Shown here: piece by piece, positions 15,181 through 23,209 of the stretch
How the letters are laid out: each line of letters opens with the position of its first letter
Numbering within the stretch: the first letter of the stretch is position 1
Origin: Nitrospirota bacterium
GTDB lineage: Bacteria > Nitrospirota > Thermodesulfovibrionia > Thermodesulfovibrionales > Magnetobacteriaceae
Direction of reading: 5' to 3'
Assembly: GCA_015233045.1 (NCBI GenBank)
Contig: JADFYL010000017.1
Location: 1-24,000, forward strand
Length of the DNA: 24,000 nt
The notes under the pieces: generated by a model
Told to the model about the DNA's origin: nothing
The model's database searches: none
What the model saw: only the letters and a program-made list of their open reading frames with translations
Program-made: the position numbers and the translations under genes

Positions 15181-17141
15181 ACGATTTCTATCTCCTCAAA
15201 CAGTCCACGTGGAATATCCTTTATAAACCTTGACGGCCGTATCAGGCCGGCATAAGAAGTATATGCGTAACACAGGTAAAGCTCATCGCACGCCCTTGTG
15301 AGGGCTACGTAAAAGAGGCGGCGTTCCTCCTCCTCGTCCCAGTTCTTGCCGGACTTAATTGAGGGGAACTGCCCGTCGTTCAGGCCAATGACAAACACGG
15401 TCTTCCACTCCAGCCCCTTTGCCTGATGGATGGAGGACAGGACTACGTGTTCGTCTGTGCCCCCGCCTCCTGAATCAGTGGCGGCCATCGGCTGTTCTGA
15501 CCCCTGAATAGCCATCTCACTGAGAAAGACATCTGTGGAGTTATACTTGACCGCGTACTCGCTTAGTTGGGTCAGGTCTCTTAGTCTGTTGTCGGCGTCA
15601 GGGAATGTGAGAAAGAGGTGTTTTTCATAGCTGCCTTTGAGGGCGGTGTCAAGTGCCTCTGATGGGGCGTTAATCTTCCTCAGCTCGTCCAGACACTTCA
15701 CAAGGACGGTGAAGTGTTCAATGCCTTTTTTGGGTACAATTCTGCTGGCGGCGGCAACCCTGTCAAGCGGGTCAGCGGCCTCAATCAGGAATCTCCATAT
15801 CTTATCCGCAGTGGCGTTGCCAATACCGGGGAGCATTTTCAGCAGTCTCTTCCAACTGATCTCGTCACATGGGTTTGAGATTATCCTCAGATAGGCAAGG
15901 ATGTCCTTTATGTGCGCCTGCTCAAAGAACTTCATGCCGGAGCGAACGTCGTATGGAATCCCCAGACGGGTAAGTTCCATCTGAACCTCCATAGATTGGT
16001 AATGTGAACGGTAAAGGACGGCCATGCTGGAGAGGGAGCCGCCCTCGTCAATGGTATCCTTTATCATGGAGGTGACAAAGAGCGCCTGCTGCCGTGTGTC
16101 CTCAAGGGGGACAATGGCGGGAAGTTCGCCGCCCTCGCGCACTGAGACGAGGTTTTTACAGAACTGCCGCCGGTTGGCCGCTATTGCGGCGTTTGCGGCG
16201 TCCAGGATTTGGGGTGTGCTTCGGTAGTTGGTCGTGAGTTTAAAGATTTGGGAGTCGGGATATGTGTTTTGAAAGTTGAGGATATTTTCGAAATTAGCCC
16301 CCCTGAATGAAAAAATAGACTGTGCGTCGTCCCCGACCGCCATGATATTGCGGTGATAGGACGACAGCAGCTCTACGACCTCAGCCTGAAGCGAATTGGT
16401 GTCCTGATATTCGTCTACGAGGACGTGCTGAAATCTCCGGCTATAGTAATCTCTGACATCTTCATGGTCTTTGAGCAGGGTAACCATGTTTTGCAGTATA
16501 TCGTCAAAATCAACGAGATTGAGTTCTCTTTTTTTCTTTTCATAGAGGGCAATTACATCTAATATTAACTGGACATTTGCCTCAAGAGCCGGAAATCGCT
16601 CCCTGATAACCGCCTCAGCGGTCTTTGAGGTGTTCCTCGTATATGAATGCAAATCTGTGAGAATAGAGGCCTTTGGCAAGAGCTGCGCGTCCTTGTGTGC
16701 GGAGGCCACACTGGTGCGGCAGGTGTCAAATAAGTCTTTGGTGTCCGTTCTATCCAGAATAGAAAACCCGTCTTTGTAGCCAATCACACCCGCGTGGCGC
16801 TTGAGGATGAGGTTTCCTATGTGGTGAAAAGTACCACCCCAAAGGGCTGCCACATCCGCGCCAATCAGAGACGCGGCGCGCCTCATCATCTCCTTAGAGG
16901 CCTTATTCGTAAACGTAAGCAGGAGGATATCAGATGGCGATACGCCGTTTTCAACAAGCCACGCCACGCGGTAGGTCAACGTGCGGGTCTTGCCTGTGCC
17001 AGCCCCGGCAAGGACAAGCATCGGGCCTCCGGCACAGGTGACGGCCTCAAGCTGCTGCCGGTTTAGCTCCTCGTCAAACCTCGTAGTGCGCGCTGACGGG
17101 GCCACATTCAGGGCATATTTTTTCATGGGGTATAATACCAT
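15177..17141 (-). CDS. UvrD/Rep/PcrA-family SF1 ATP-dependent DNA helicase
   Basis: Helicase motifs: I AGAGTGKT, II VDEYQDTN, III VGDDAQSIFSFRGA, IV TTNYRS, V SIHQAKGLEW, VI RRLFYVALTRA. The ATG at 17126 (MKKYALN...) is an alternative start. Confidence 0.85.
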   Translation of the reverse strand: MVLYPMKKYALNVAPSARTTRFDEELNRQQLEAVTCAGGPMLVLAGAGTGKTRTLTYRVAWLVENGVSPSDILLLTFTNKASKEMMRRAASLIGADVAALWGGTFHHIGNLILKRHAGVIGYKDGFSILDRTDTKDLFDTCRTSVASAHKDAQLLPKASILTDLHSYTRNTSKTAEAVIRERFPALEANVQLILDVIALYEKKKRELNLVDFDDILQNMVTLLKDHEDVRDYYSRRFQHVLVDEYQDTNSLQAEVVELLSSYHRNIMAVGDDAQSIFSFRGANFENILNFQNTYPDSQIFKLTTNYRSTPQILDAANAAIAANRRQFCKNLVSVREGGELPAIVPLEDTRQQALFVTSMIKDTIDEGGSLSSMAVLYRSHYQSMEVQMELTRLGIPYDVRSGMKFFEQAHIKDILAYLRIISNPCDEISWKRLLKMLPGIGNATADKIWRFLIEAADPLDRVAAASRIVPKKGIEHFTVLVKCLDELRKINAPSEALDTALKGSYEKHLFLTFPDADNRLRDLTQLSEYAVKYNSTDVFLSEMAIQGSEQPMAATDSGGGGTDEHVVLSSIHQAKGLEWKTVFVIGLNDGQFPSIKSGKNWDEEEERRLFYVALTRACDELYLCYAYTSYAGLIRPSRFIKDIPRGLFEEIEIV

Positions 17142-17213
17142 GATTTACCCTCAGACTGTCTAAAATAAATTAGATATATTAAAACAGAAATGTTAGAATG
17201 TGTATAGGACGAT

Positions 17214-17816
17214 ATGTTAGAAATAGCCAAACAAGAGATAAGCTTCGGGTTTACGAACGAGACGTTCCAGCACGGGATTCACATGTGCCACGTATATAAC
17301 GATGACGCCGAACGCGATATGGTGTTAGAGAAGTTTGTGACAAGCGGCTTATCAGCAAACGAGAAGGTCATAGTCCTTGCAGACGCGGATACGCCCGCGG
17401 AGATAGACGAATACCTTGCTGGTATCGGGCTGTTTGTGGATAAAGAGAGAAAAACCGGCCAGTTCGTGATAGATTATTTCATAAGGGCATATAGTCTGGA
17501 CGGCAGATTCGACGCCCAACAGATGATTGAGAGGTGGAAGGGATATTGTGCGCAAGCGCGGGAAGAGGGTTACACGGCAGTGCGCGTGGCTGCTGAGGCC
17601 CTGTGCCGTCAGATGCGCGTACCATGCTCTGAACAATGGGATGACTACGAGGCAAGGCTTGACAGGCTCGTCTGTGCCTATCCCTTCAGCGGTATTCTCT
17701 GCCAGTACGACGCGTCGCTGTACTGCGGCAAGCTCATTCTGGACATCATAAGCGCTCACCCGTTAATGGTCGTGCGGGGACAGATTGTAAAGAATCCATA
17801 CTACATACGCCCATGA
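17214..17816 (+). CDS. Stand-alone MEDS-domain protein (DcmR-type sensory domain)
   Basis: 200 aa. The pattern GIHMCHVYNDDAERDMVLEKFVTSGLSANEKVIVLAD ... GYTAVRVAAEA ... WDDYEARLDRLVCAYPFSGILCQYD ... ISAHPLMVVRGQIVKNPYY matches my recollection of the MEDS (PF14417) profile. There is no attached output domain. Confidence 0.6.
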   Translation: MLEIAKQEISFGFTNETFQHGIHMCHVYNDDAERDMVLEKFVTSGLSANEKVIVLADADTPAEIDEYLAGIGLFVDKERKTGQFVIDYFIRAYSLDGRFDAQQMIERWKGYCAQAREEGYTAVRVAAEALCRQMRVPCSEQWDDYEARLDRLVCAYPFSGILCQYDASLYCGKLILDIISAHPLMVVRGQIVKNPYYIRP

Positions 17817-17860
17817 GGGGGTGATCATTTTGAAGACTGTGCCGCGTCGGCTAAACAGGT

Positions 17861-18544
17861 TTAATCAGACAGTTTAGGTGGTTGCCCTGTGGTGTCGGCC
17901 AGGTGCCTGATCATCCGGCCATCCACCATGTAGATAATCATCTCGGCGATGTTTGTGGCGTGGTCGCCAATGCGCTCAATGTTTCTTGATATATATATCA
18001 ACTGGCTTGCGTGTACGACGTTTCCTTGTTCTTTTGTCATTACCAGCATCAGCTCGTTGACGACAGAGGCGTTGAGGTCATCCACCTCCTCGTCCCGCTC
18101 AATGACGTCTTTGGCCAGCGCCTTATCTTCATTAACAAACGAATCAATGGCGTCTTTGACCATGCGCTGGACAATCTCTCGCATAATGGAGAGGTCTGAG
18201 TATGCCCTCATGGGACTTGCCTCAGAGAGTTTCAGGGCGCGCTCGGCAATATTTACGGCGTGGTCCGCTATGCGCTCAAGGTCTGTGGTTATCTTCATCC
18301 CCGTAGTTATAAAGCGCAGGTCCCTGCCCACGGGCTGCCTCCTCGCTATGAGCCTTATGCACTCCTCGTCTATTTGCACGTCGTATGTGTTTATCAGAAG
18401 GTCTGCCGCAATTACCGAGTTGGCGATGGAAGGCTCCTGAGTAACAAGCGCCCTGACGCTGTCCCTTATGGACACCTCAACCAAAGAGGCCATTTTTAAT
18501 ATCATCTCCTTTAAGTGCTTGAGTTCGTTGTCCCGAATCGCCAT
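17861..18544 (-). CDS. phoU: Phosphate signalling complex protein PhoU
   Basis: Two PhoU repeats, each with the conserved metal-binding motif (DLERIADHAVNIAE and NIERIGDHATNIAE). The ATG overlaps the pstB stop by 1 nt (TAATG at 18542-18546). Confidence 0.9.
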   Translation of the reverse strand: MAIRDNELKHLKEMILKMASLVEVSIRDSVRALVTQEPSIANSVIAADLLINTYDVQIDEECIRLIARRQPVGRDLRFITTGMKITTDLERIADHAVNIAERALKLSEASPMRAYSDLSIMREIVQRMVKDAIDSFVNEDKALAKDVIERDEEVDDLNASVVNELMLVMTKEQGNVVHASQLIYISRNIERIGDHATNIAEMIIYMVDGRMIRHLADTTGQPPKLSD

Positions 18545-19341
18545 TAGCCGAACCTTCCCGATATATAGTCCTCTGTGAGTTTATTGGACGGATTTGTGAA
18601 TATCATATCCGTACTGTTGAATTCGATTAGCTCCCCAAGCATCATAAACCCCGTGAAATCGCTCATCCTCGCCGCCTGCTGCATGTTGTGTGTAACGACG
18701 AGTATGGTGACGGTCTCCTTCAGCTCAACGGCAAGCTCCTCAATTTTAGAGGTGGATATGGGGTCAAGGGCAGAGGTTGGCTCATCGAAAAGCAGCACCT
18801 CCGGGTTTACCGCAAGGGCACGCGCAATGACAAGGCGCTGCTGCTGCCCACCGGAGAGCGTATAGGCGCTTTCATGGAGCTTGTGCTTTACCTCATCCCA
18901 CAGGGCGGCCTGCCTGATGGCGGACTCAACATGGTCACTTAGCTCACCCTTCTTTCTGATCCCCCTTAGTCTGAGGCCGTAGGCAATGTTGTCAAATATG
19001 GACATGGGAAATGGAGTGGGCTTTTGAAATACCATCCCTATGCGGCTGCGTAAATCTATAACGTCTATATCGTCGGCAAGGATGTTTACATTGTTAAAGA
19101 CGATCTCACCTTCGTAGCGGCTCCCCGGGTAGAGGTCGTGCATCCTGTTAAAACACCTCAGCAGTGTCGTCTTACCGCAGCCGGACGGCCCGATAAGCGC
19201 CGTTACCGCGTTGTGGTGAACTGGCACGTTTATGTTTTTTAACGCCTGTATGTTGCCCGCGTAATAAAAATTCAGGGCCTTCACATCTATCGCGGCCCCG
19301 CTTAGCACGTCAGCGCCCGCCTCGTCAACCGCCATTGTCAT
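18544..19341 (-). CDS. pstB: Phosphate ABC transporter ATP-binding protein PstB
   Basis: Walker [21 protein letters not shown] (PstB-typical context), signature [14 protein letters not shown], Walker [12 protein letters not shown], and the C-terminal [10 protein letters not shown] typical of PstB. Confidence 0.9.
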   Translation of the reverse strand: MTMAVDEAGADVLSGAAIDVKALNFYYAGNIQALKNINVPVHHNAVTALIGPSGCGKTTLLRCFNRMHDLYPGSRYEGEIVFNNVNILADDIDVIDLRSRIGMVFQKPTPFPMSIFDNIAYGLRLRGIRKKGELSDHVESAIRQAALWDEVKHKLHESAYTLSGGQQQRLVIARALAVNPEVLLFDEPTSALDPISTSKIEELAVELKETVTILVVTHNMQQAARMSDFTGFMMLGELIEFNSTDMIFTNPSNKLTEDYISGRFG

Positions 19342-19376
19342 TCCATCACCTTACATAAATATTTATAAAAAAAACA

Positions 19377-20801
19377 CTACCTGCCGACAATAACTTTAAT
19401 CGTCGTACCAGAGCCTTCCTCGCTTTCGATTTTCATCTCCCAGTCATGGGCCTTTACTATATGTTTAACTATGGCAAGGCCAAGTCCTGTGCCCCCCAGC
19501 TCCCTTGAGCGCGACGGGTCAACCCTGTAAAATCTCTCTCCAAGCCTCGAAAGACAGCGTTTGGGGATGCCGCAGCCCGTGTCTCTGACAAAGAAGAAGT
19601 GTCGCCGTTCATCAATGCAGAAACCGACTTCTATGCCGCCCTTCTGTGTAAACTTAATGGCGTTATCTATTATGTTCAGCAGCACCTGGATTACTCTGTC
19701 GCGGTCGGCGTTCAGGGTTAGGCGGCTGTTCAGGGATTTGTCGCATTTTGTGTCCGTAGAGCGCCTTATGTAAAGCCCCTTGGCCTCGGCGCTACCCCTT
19801 AGTGTCTCAATTACGTCGTCAATTATCTCTGAGAAATCTATCTCGGTCTTTTGTAATTTCACAACACCCAGCTCTATCTTCGATATAGTCATCAGATCAT
19901 CAACAAGCCTGTTCAGCCGCTCACTGTGAAATATGATGATCTTTAAGAATTTAATGCTGTCCTCCCTGTCCTCTATCGCCCCCTCTATGAGCGTCTCCGC
20001 AAAACCCCTGATTGCCGTTACAGGGGTCTTTATCTCGTGTGAGACATTCGCTACGAAGTCCTTTCTCATCGTCTCAAGTTTTTTTAGTTCTGTGATGTCG
20101 TGAAATAGTATGACCACGCCCGTGAGGTCATTTTTCTTATAAAATGGATACATTCGCACCTGCATATATTTCTCAAACGGATACTCAAGAAATATCTCCC
20201 CGCATTCGGTCTTATCGTATTTCTTAACGTTATCAAGCATCGTAATAAGCTCAGAGCTTCTGATGATTTCAATGAGGGGTTTATTTTTAATCGGCCCCTT
20301 GTAGTTGAAAAACTCTGAGGCGTTGTCGTTGACGTAGACGAGTTCGTTCTTGTTGTCAATGATGGCGAGGGCGTCGGGGATGCTCTCAAGGATAGCGTTC
20401 AGTTGGGAGCGTTCCTCTTCGGTTCGGGCGAATTTTTCGTTTAGCCTTCGGGTAACATCGTTGAGGGAATTATATACGCCGGCAAGGTCGGGATAATCCT
20501 CAAAAAACACCTTGTCCTCAATAACCCCTTTTGAGACCATCTCTGAAAACTGCTCTATTTCCTTCAGGAATTTTTCCTTCTTTCTGTAATCCCGAAAGAT
20601 AAAACTCACCGTTACAACTGAGCCCAAAAAGGAAAAGGCAAAAAATGCGTACGTCAAGTGGGCGGATAAGTTGGACTGAATCTCCGTGGCCAGAACCACG
20701 CTCTTTACGTAGAATGAGGCGATTAAATAAAATGCGGCGATGGAGAAAATCATCAGGGCATACACCACCCCCACGCGCAGGATTAGTCGTTTAAGGTTCA
20801 C
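19377..20801 (-). CDS. phoR: PhoR-like sensor histidine kinase (2 TM + PAS + HisKA + HATPase_c)
   Basis: GTG start in a GTGA overlap with the phoB stop (20798-20801). Two N-terminal TM segments, a PAS-like region (LNAILESIPDALAIIDNKNELVYVN), an H-box DFVANVSHEIKTPVTAIRGFAETL, and a G-box GGTGLGLAIVKHIV. The phoR name rests on context (phoB upstream, pstB-phoU downstream). Confidence 0.75.
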   Translation of the reverse strand: MNLKRLILRVGVVYALMIFSIAAFYLIASFYVKSVVLATEIQSNLSAHLTYAFFAFSFLGSVVTVSFIFRDYRKKEKFLKEIEQFSEMVSKGVIEDKVFFEDYPDLAGVYNSLNDVTRRLNEKFARTEEERSQLNAILESIPDALAIIDNKNELVYVNDNASEFFNYKGPIKNKPLIEIIRSSELITMLDNVKKYDKTECGEIFLEYPFEKYMQVRMYPFYKKNDLTGVVILFHDITELKKLETMRKDFVANVSHEIKTPVTAIRGFAETLIEGAIEDREDSIKFLKIIIFHSERLNRLVDDLMTISKIELGVVKLQKTEIDFSEIIDDVIETLRGSAEAKGLYIRRSTDTKCDKSLNSRLTLNADRDRVIQVLLNIIDNAIKFTQKGGIEVGFCIDERRHFFFVRDTGCGIPKRCLSRLGERFYRVDPSRSRELGGTGLGLAIVKHIVKAHDWEMKIESEEGSGTTIKVIVGR

Positions 20802-21502
20802 GCGCCGTCCTCAAAGTAGTAGCCGATGCCGCGTCGGGTCTTTATATAAACAGGGCTAGATGAGTCCTCTTCTATCTGTTCTCTCAGGCGGCGGATGTGG
20901 ACATCCACAGTTCGGGGCTCTACAAATGCCTCGTCTTTCCAGACCGCGTCAAGGAGCATGTCGCGCGAAAGCACCTTGCCCTTCCTCTGAATCAGGTAGA
21001 GGAGGAGCTTAAACTCCGTGGCGCTGAGTTTTACAGCAACGCCCTTCTTTTGTACCTTGTATGTGTCAGTGTCTATTTCTATATCGCCGATTTTGATGGT
21101 TTTCAGTAACGGCTCTACGGCGGCCTTTTCGCGGGTACGCCGCAGCACGGCCTTGACGCGCGCCGTCAGCTCGCGTATGCTGAACGGTTTCGTGATATAA
21201 TCGTCGGCGCCCATCTCAAGGCCAAGCACCTTGTCAAACACCTCAGACTTGGACGTTACCATGATGATTGGAACGGCGGCGGTCTCATCAGAGGACTTGA
21301 GGATTTTACATAGGTCAATACCCTGAATACCGGGGAGCATCAGGTCGAGGATTATCAGATCAAACCGCTGTTCCCTGATTTTATTCAGCCCGTCCTCACC
21401 GTCAAAAGACGGCGTGACATGAAAACCCTCTTTAGCCAGGTTATACGATATCAGCTCTACGATGTCTTTTTCGTCATCAACGACGATTATCTTCTTTTTC
21501 AT
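20798..21502 (-). CDS. phoB: PhoB/OmpR-family response regulator
   Basis: The receiver domain starts at MKKKIIVVDDEKDIVELISYNL (ATG 21502, with GGGAG 9 nt upstream) and contains DLIILDLMLPG and VTSK. The C-terminal winged helix is LSATEFKLLLYLIQRKGKVLSRDMLL...VDVHIRRLREQIE...IKTRRGIGYYF. The ORF-track extension to 21604 is rejected. Confidence 0.85.
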   Translation of the reverse strand: MKKKIIVVDDEKDIVELISYNLAKEGFHVTPSFDGEDGLNKIREQRFDLIILDLMLPGIQGIDLCKILKSSDETAAVPIIMVTSKSEVFDKVLGLEMGADDYITKPFSIRELTARVKAVLRRTREKAAVEPLLKTIKIGDIEIDTDTYKVQKKGVAVKLSATEFKLLLYLIQRKGKVLSRDMLLDAVWKDEAFVEPRTVDVHIRRLREQIEEDSSSPVYIKTRRGIGYYFEDGA

Positions 21503-21662
21503 CCGTGCCATCTCCCGCATAGTTTCACACAAATCAGACGATTTTTGCAAATCAGCACAAGGCCGCAGACGCTGGCAGACACCACGGGCGCGGAAAAAAA
21601 ACACCTACACGGTACGTACAGTGAACTTCAACGCGGTTAAAAGATATACTAAACAAAGTACG

Positions 21663-21830
21663 CTAAACAGCGATACAGTCGCTTTTTTCGAACAGACTCC
21701 TTACATAAACAGGACAGACTTCGTAGATTTTACTCTGGCACATCTTCATATTAACACAGGCAAGACAATCAGCGGAACAAGTCCTTTCCCTATTACACTC
21801 CTTACTCAACATTTCAAAGTATGGACACAT
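21663..21830 (-). CDS. Unlisted small ORF: 55-aa cysteine-rich protein (8 Cys)
   Basis: It is below the 60-aa cutoff of the supplied track. On the - strand: GGAGGAGAGAACTT-ATG, with the SD GGAGG at 21844-21840, 9 nt from the ATG at 21830. Translation: MCPYFEMLSKECNRERTCSADCLACVNMKMCQSKIYEVCPVYVRSLFEKSDCIAV, stop TAG at 21665-21663. It sits between the Pho-box-like promoter and phoB on the same strand. I recognise no family. Confidence 0.45.
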   Translation of the reverse strand: MCPYFEMLSKECNRERTCSADCLACVNMKMCQSKIYEVCPVYVRSLFEKSDCIAV

Positions 21831-21884
21831 AAGTTCTCTCCTCCATAACTCAAGTCTGCACTCTCGCCTGACACCCCACGCTCA

Positions 21885-21940
21885 ATACTAACATGCCCCA
21901 TGTTACAATAGAATGAACGTTATGTTACATTTTGATTACA
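21885..21940 (-). promoter_or_regulatory. Pho-box-like promoter: four 7-bp direct repeats at 11-bp phasing plus a -10 element
   Basis: On the - strand: TGTAATC-aaaa-TGTAACA-taac-GTTCATT-ctat-TGTAACA (21940-21901), then a 10-nt spacer TGGGGCATGT, then TAGTAT (21890-21885). The architecture (7-bp repeats, 4-bp spacers, array ending 10 bp from the -10) mirrors the E. coli Pho box. The repeat sequence also resembles the B. subtilis PhoP TT(A/T/C)ACA repeats. Confidence 0.4.
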
Positions 21941-22225
21941 AAAAAAATATATAGGGGATATGCCCGGAGGGCTCGCGCTATGTGTAATGAATGGCTGATG
22001 AATGGAATGGCTTACCATAAAATGGTATCCGGCTACATGGTTTTTACCGATATTGTAAGGGTATAATTTTTATAATATCCTTATAATACATAGTGTTATC
22101 AGGGCTGAAATCTTTGGCACGGATATTGCGATATATACGCTATCCCACGCGTCCTGAGACATGGGGAGGGGACAGCGGGCATAGTCCGCCCTATCTAAAA
22201 AACATAAGCAGTAAGGGAGAACGAC

Positions 22226-23170
22226 ATGGAAAAAGACTTTCACTATGACATTATTTATTCAATTGCAAGGTTAACAGAATGTGCTAATCCAGAAATCATT
22301 GCCCACGCGTCTCAATTCGTAGACGACAACAGCGAGAGATGGTTTGGCGAAGACGTACCATTCCCCGAAAAGATACCATACTCAACCGGCGGCCATTACT
22401 TTCCAATTATGACACAGTCAATGTCGGTGCTATCTGTTGACCCGTATATTCAGAAGTTCGTTTACATACCTTTTCATTTCCTTCCGGGAAATAACAACGT
22501 TACAATACAAGGGAAAAAAAACCCTTTGAGCACAACACCAGGCTCTATCAATGCCATACAGTTATTACAAAAGGCTCTGGCAAGCAACGACCCTTATCGC
22601 ATAGGGATCGCCTTACACACATTCGCGGATACATGGTCTCATCAGAATTTTACGGGAATGGAGGAAGACTGGAACGCGGTGTATCCATGGTATGACATAT
22701 CAAAAAATTTAGCGCCCCATATCGGACACGCAAATGCGGGGCATTCTCCTGATGTCATTTCAGAGATATGGACAGACCATCGGCTTGCAGTAGAGGACAG
22801 GCAGGTAGATAACAAAACAAGGGCGTTAGAAGCTATTCTATTAATCTATTTGACATTGAACAAGCATACAGGGAAAGGTCCTGGCTTGGACAAAGTAAAA
22901 GATGACTACACTAAAATCGTGGGTGCCGCCGATTTCAACAGCAGGATTGCGACGGTTGCCAGTTTAATACGCGACAAGTTTGGGGAAGAAGTGCCTTCAT
23001 ATGACAGCAACGTATGGACTTCTGCGGTACTGAAAGAGAAAGGCTTTGTTGTCAAAAAGAGTTTTGAGTTTAGAGACGAAGTCGCCTTAAAAACCTCAGA
23101 CTGGTACAAATTCAATCAGGCAGCCAAGGCACAGTTAGCCTTTGTCTTGAGCTTGATTGAAGACCTATAA
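22226..23170 (+). CDS. Hypothetical protein with His/Asp-rich putative metal-binding motifs
   Basis: AGGGAGA sits 6 nt upstream of the ATG at 22226. 314 aa with no signal peptide. Motifs: FHYDIIYSIARL, FVDDN, ALHTFADTWSHQNF and HIGHANAGHSPD. The H-x3-D...H spacing is reminiscent of the Zn-dependent phospholipase C / P1 nuclease superfamily, but I cannot confirm that. Confidence 0.55.
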   Translation: MEKDFHYDIIYSIARLTECANPEIIAHASQFVDDNSERWFGEDVPFPEKIPYSTGGHYFPIMTQSMSVLSVDPYIQKFVYIPFHFLPGNNNVTIQGKKNPLSTTPGSINAIQLLQKALASNDPYRIGIALHTFADTWSHQNFTGMEEDWNAVYPWYDISKNLAPHIGHANAGHSPDVISEIWTDHRLAVEDRQVDNKTRALEAILLIYLTLNKHTGKGPGLDKVKDDYTKIVGAADFNSRIATVASLIRDKFGEEVPSYDSNVWTSAVLKEKGFVVKKSFEFRDEVALKTSDWYKFNQAAKAQLAFVLSLIEDL

Positions 23171-23185
23171 ACCGATTTCGGTTTA
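23168..23185 (+). terminator. Weak AT-rich hairpin overlapping the stop codon of the 22226 gene
   Basis: TAAACCG-ATTT-CGGTTTA forms a 7-bp stem and is followed by TTATAA. It is weak, and it may only attenuate read-through into the gene at 23210. Confidence 0.25.
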
Positions 23186-23209
23186 TTATAACTTTGCGTG
23201 GGGGGACAT

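Noticed and set aside
21462-21848. 128-aa + strand ORF, and the 34-codon extension of phoB (21503-21604)
   Set aside because: The + ORF is antisense to the phoB 5' end and to the SD-equipped small Cys-rich ORF, and it has no SD or domain. The phoB extension precedes the canonical receiver start MKKKIIVVDD and has no homology.
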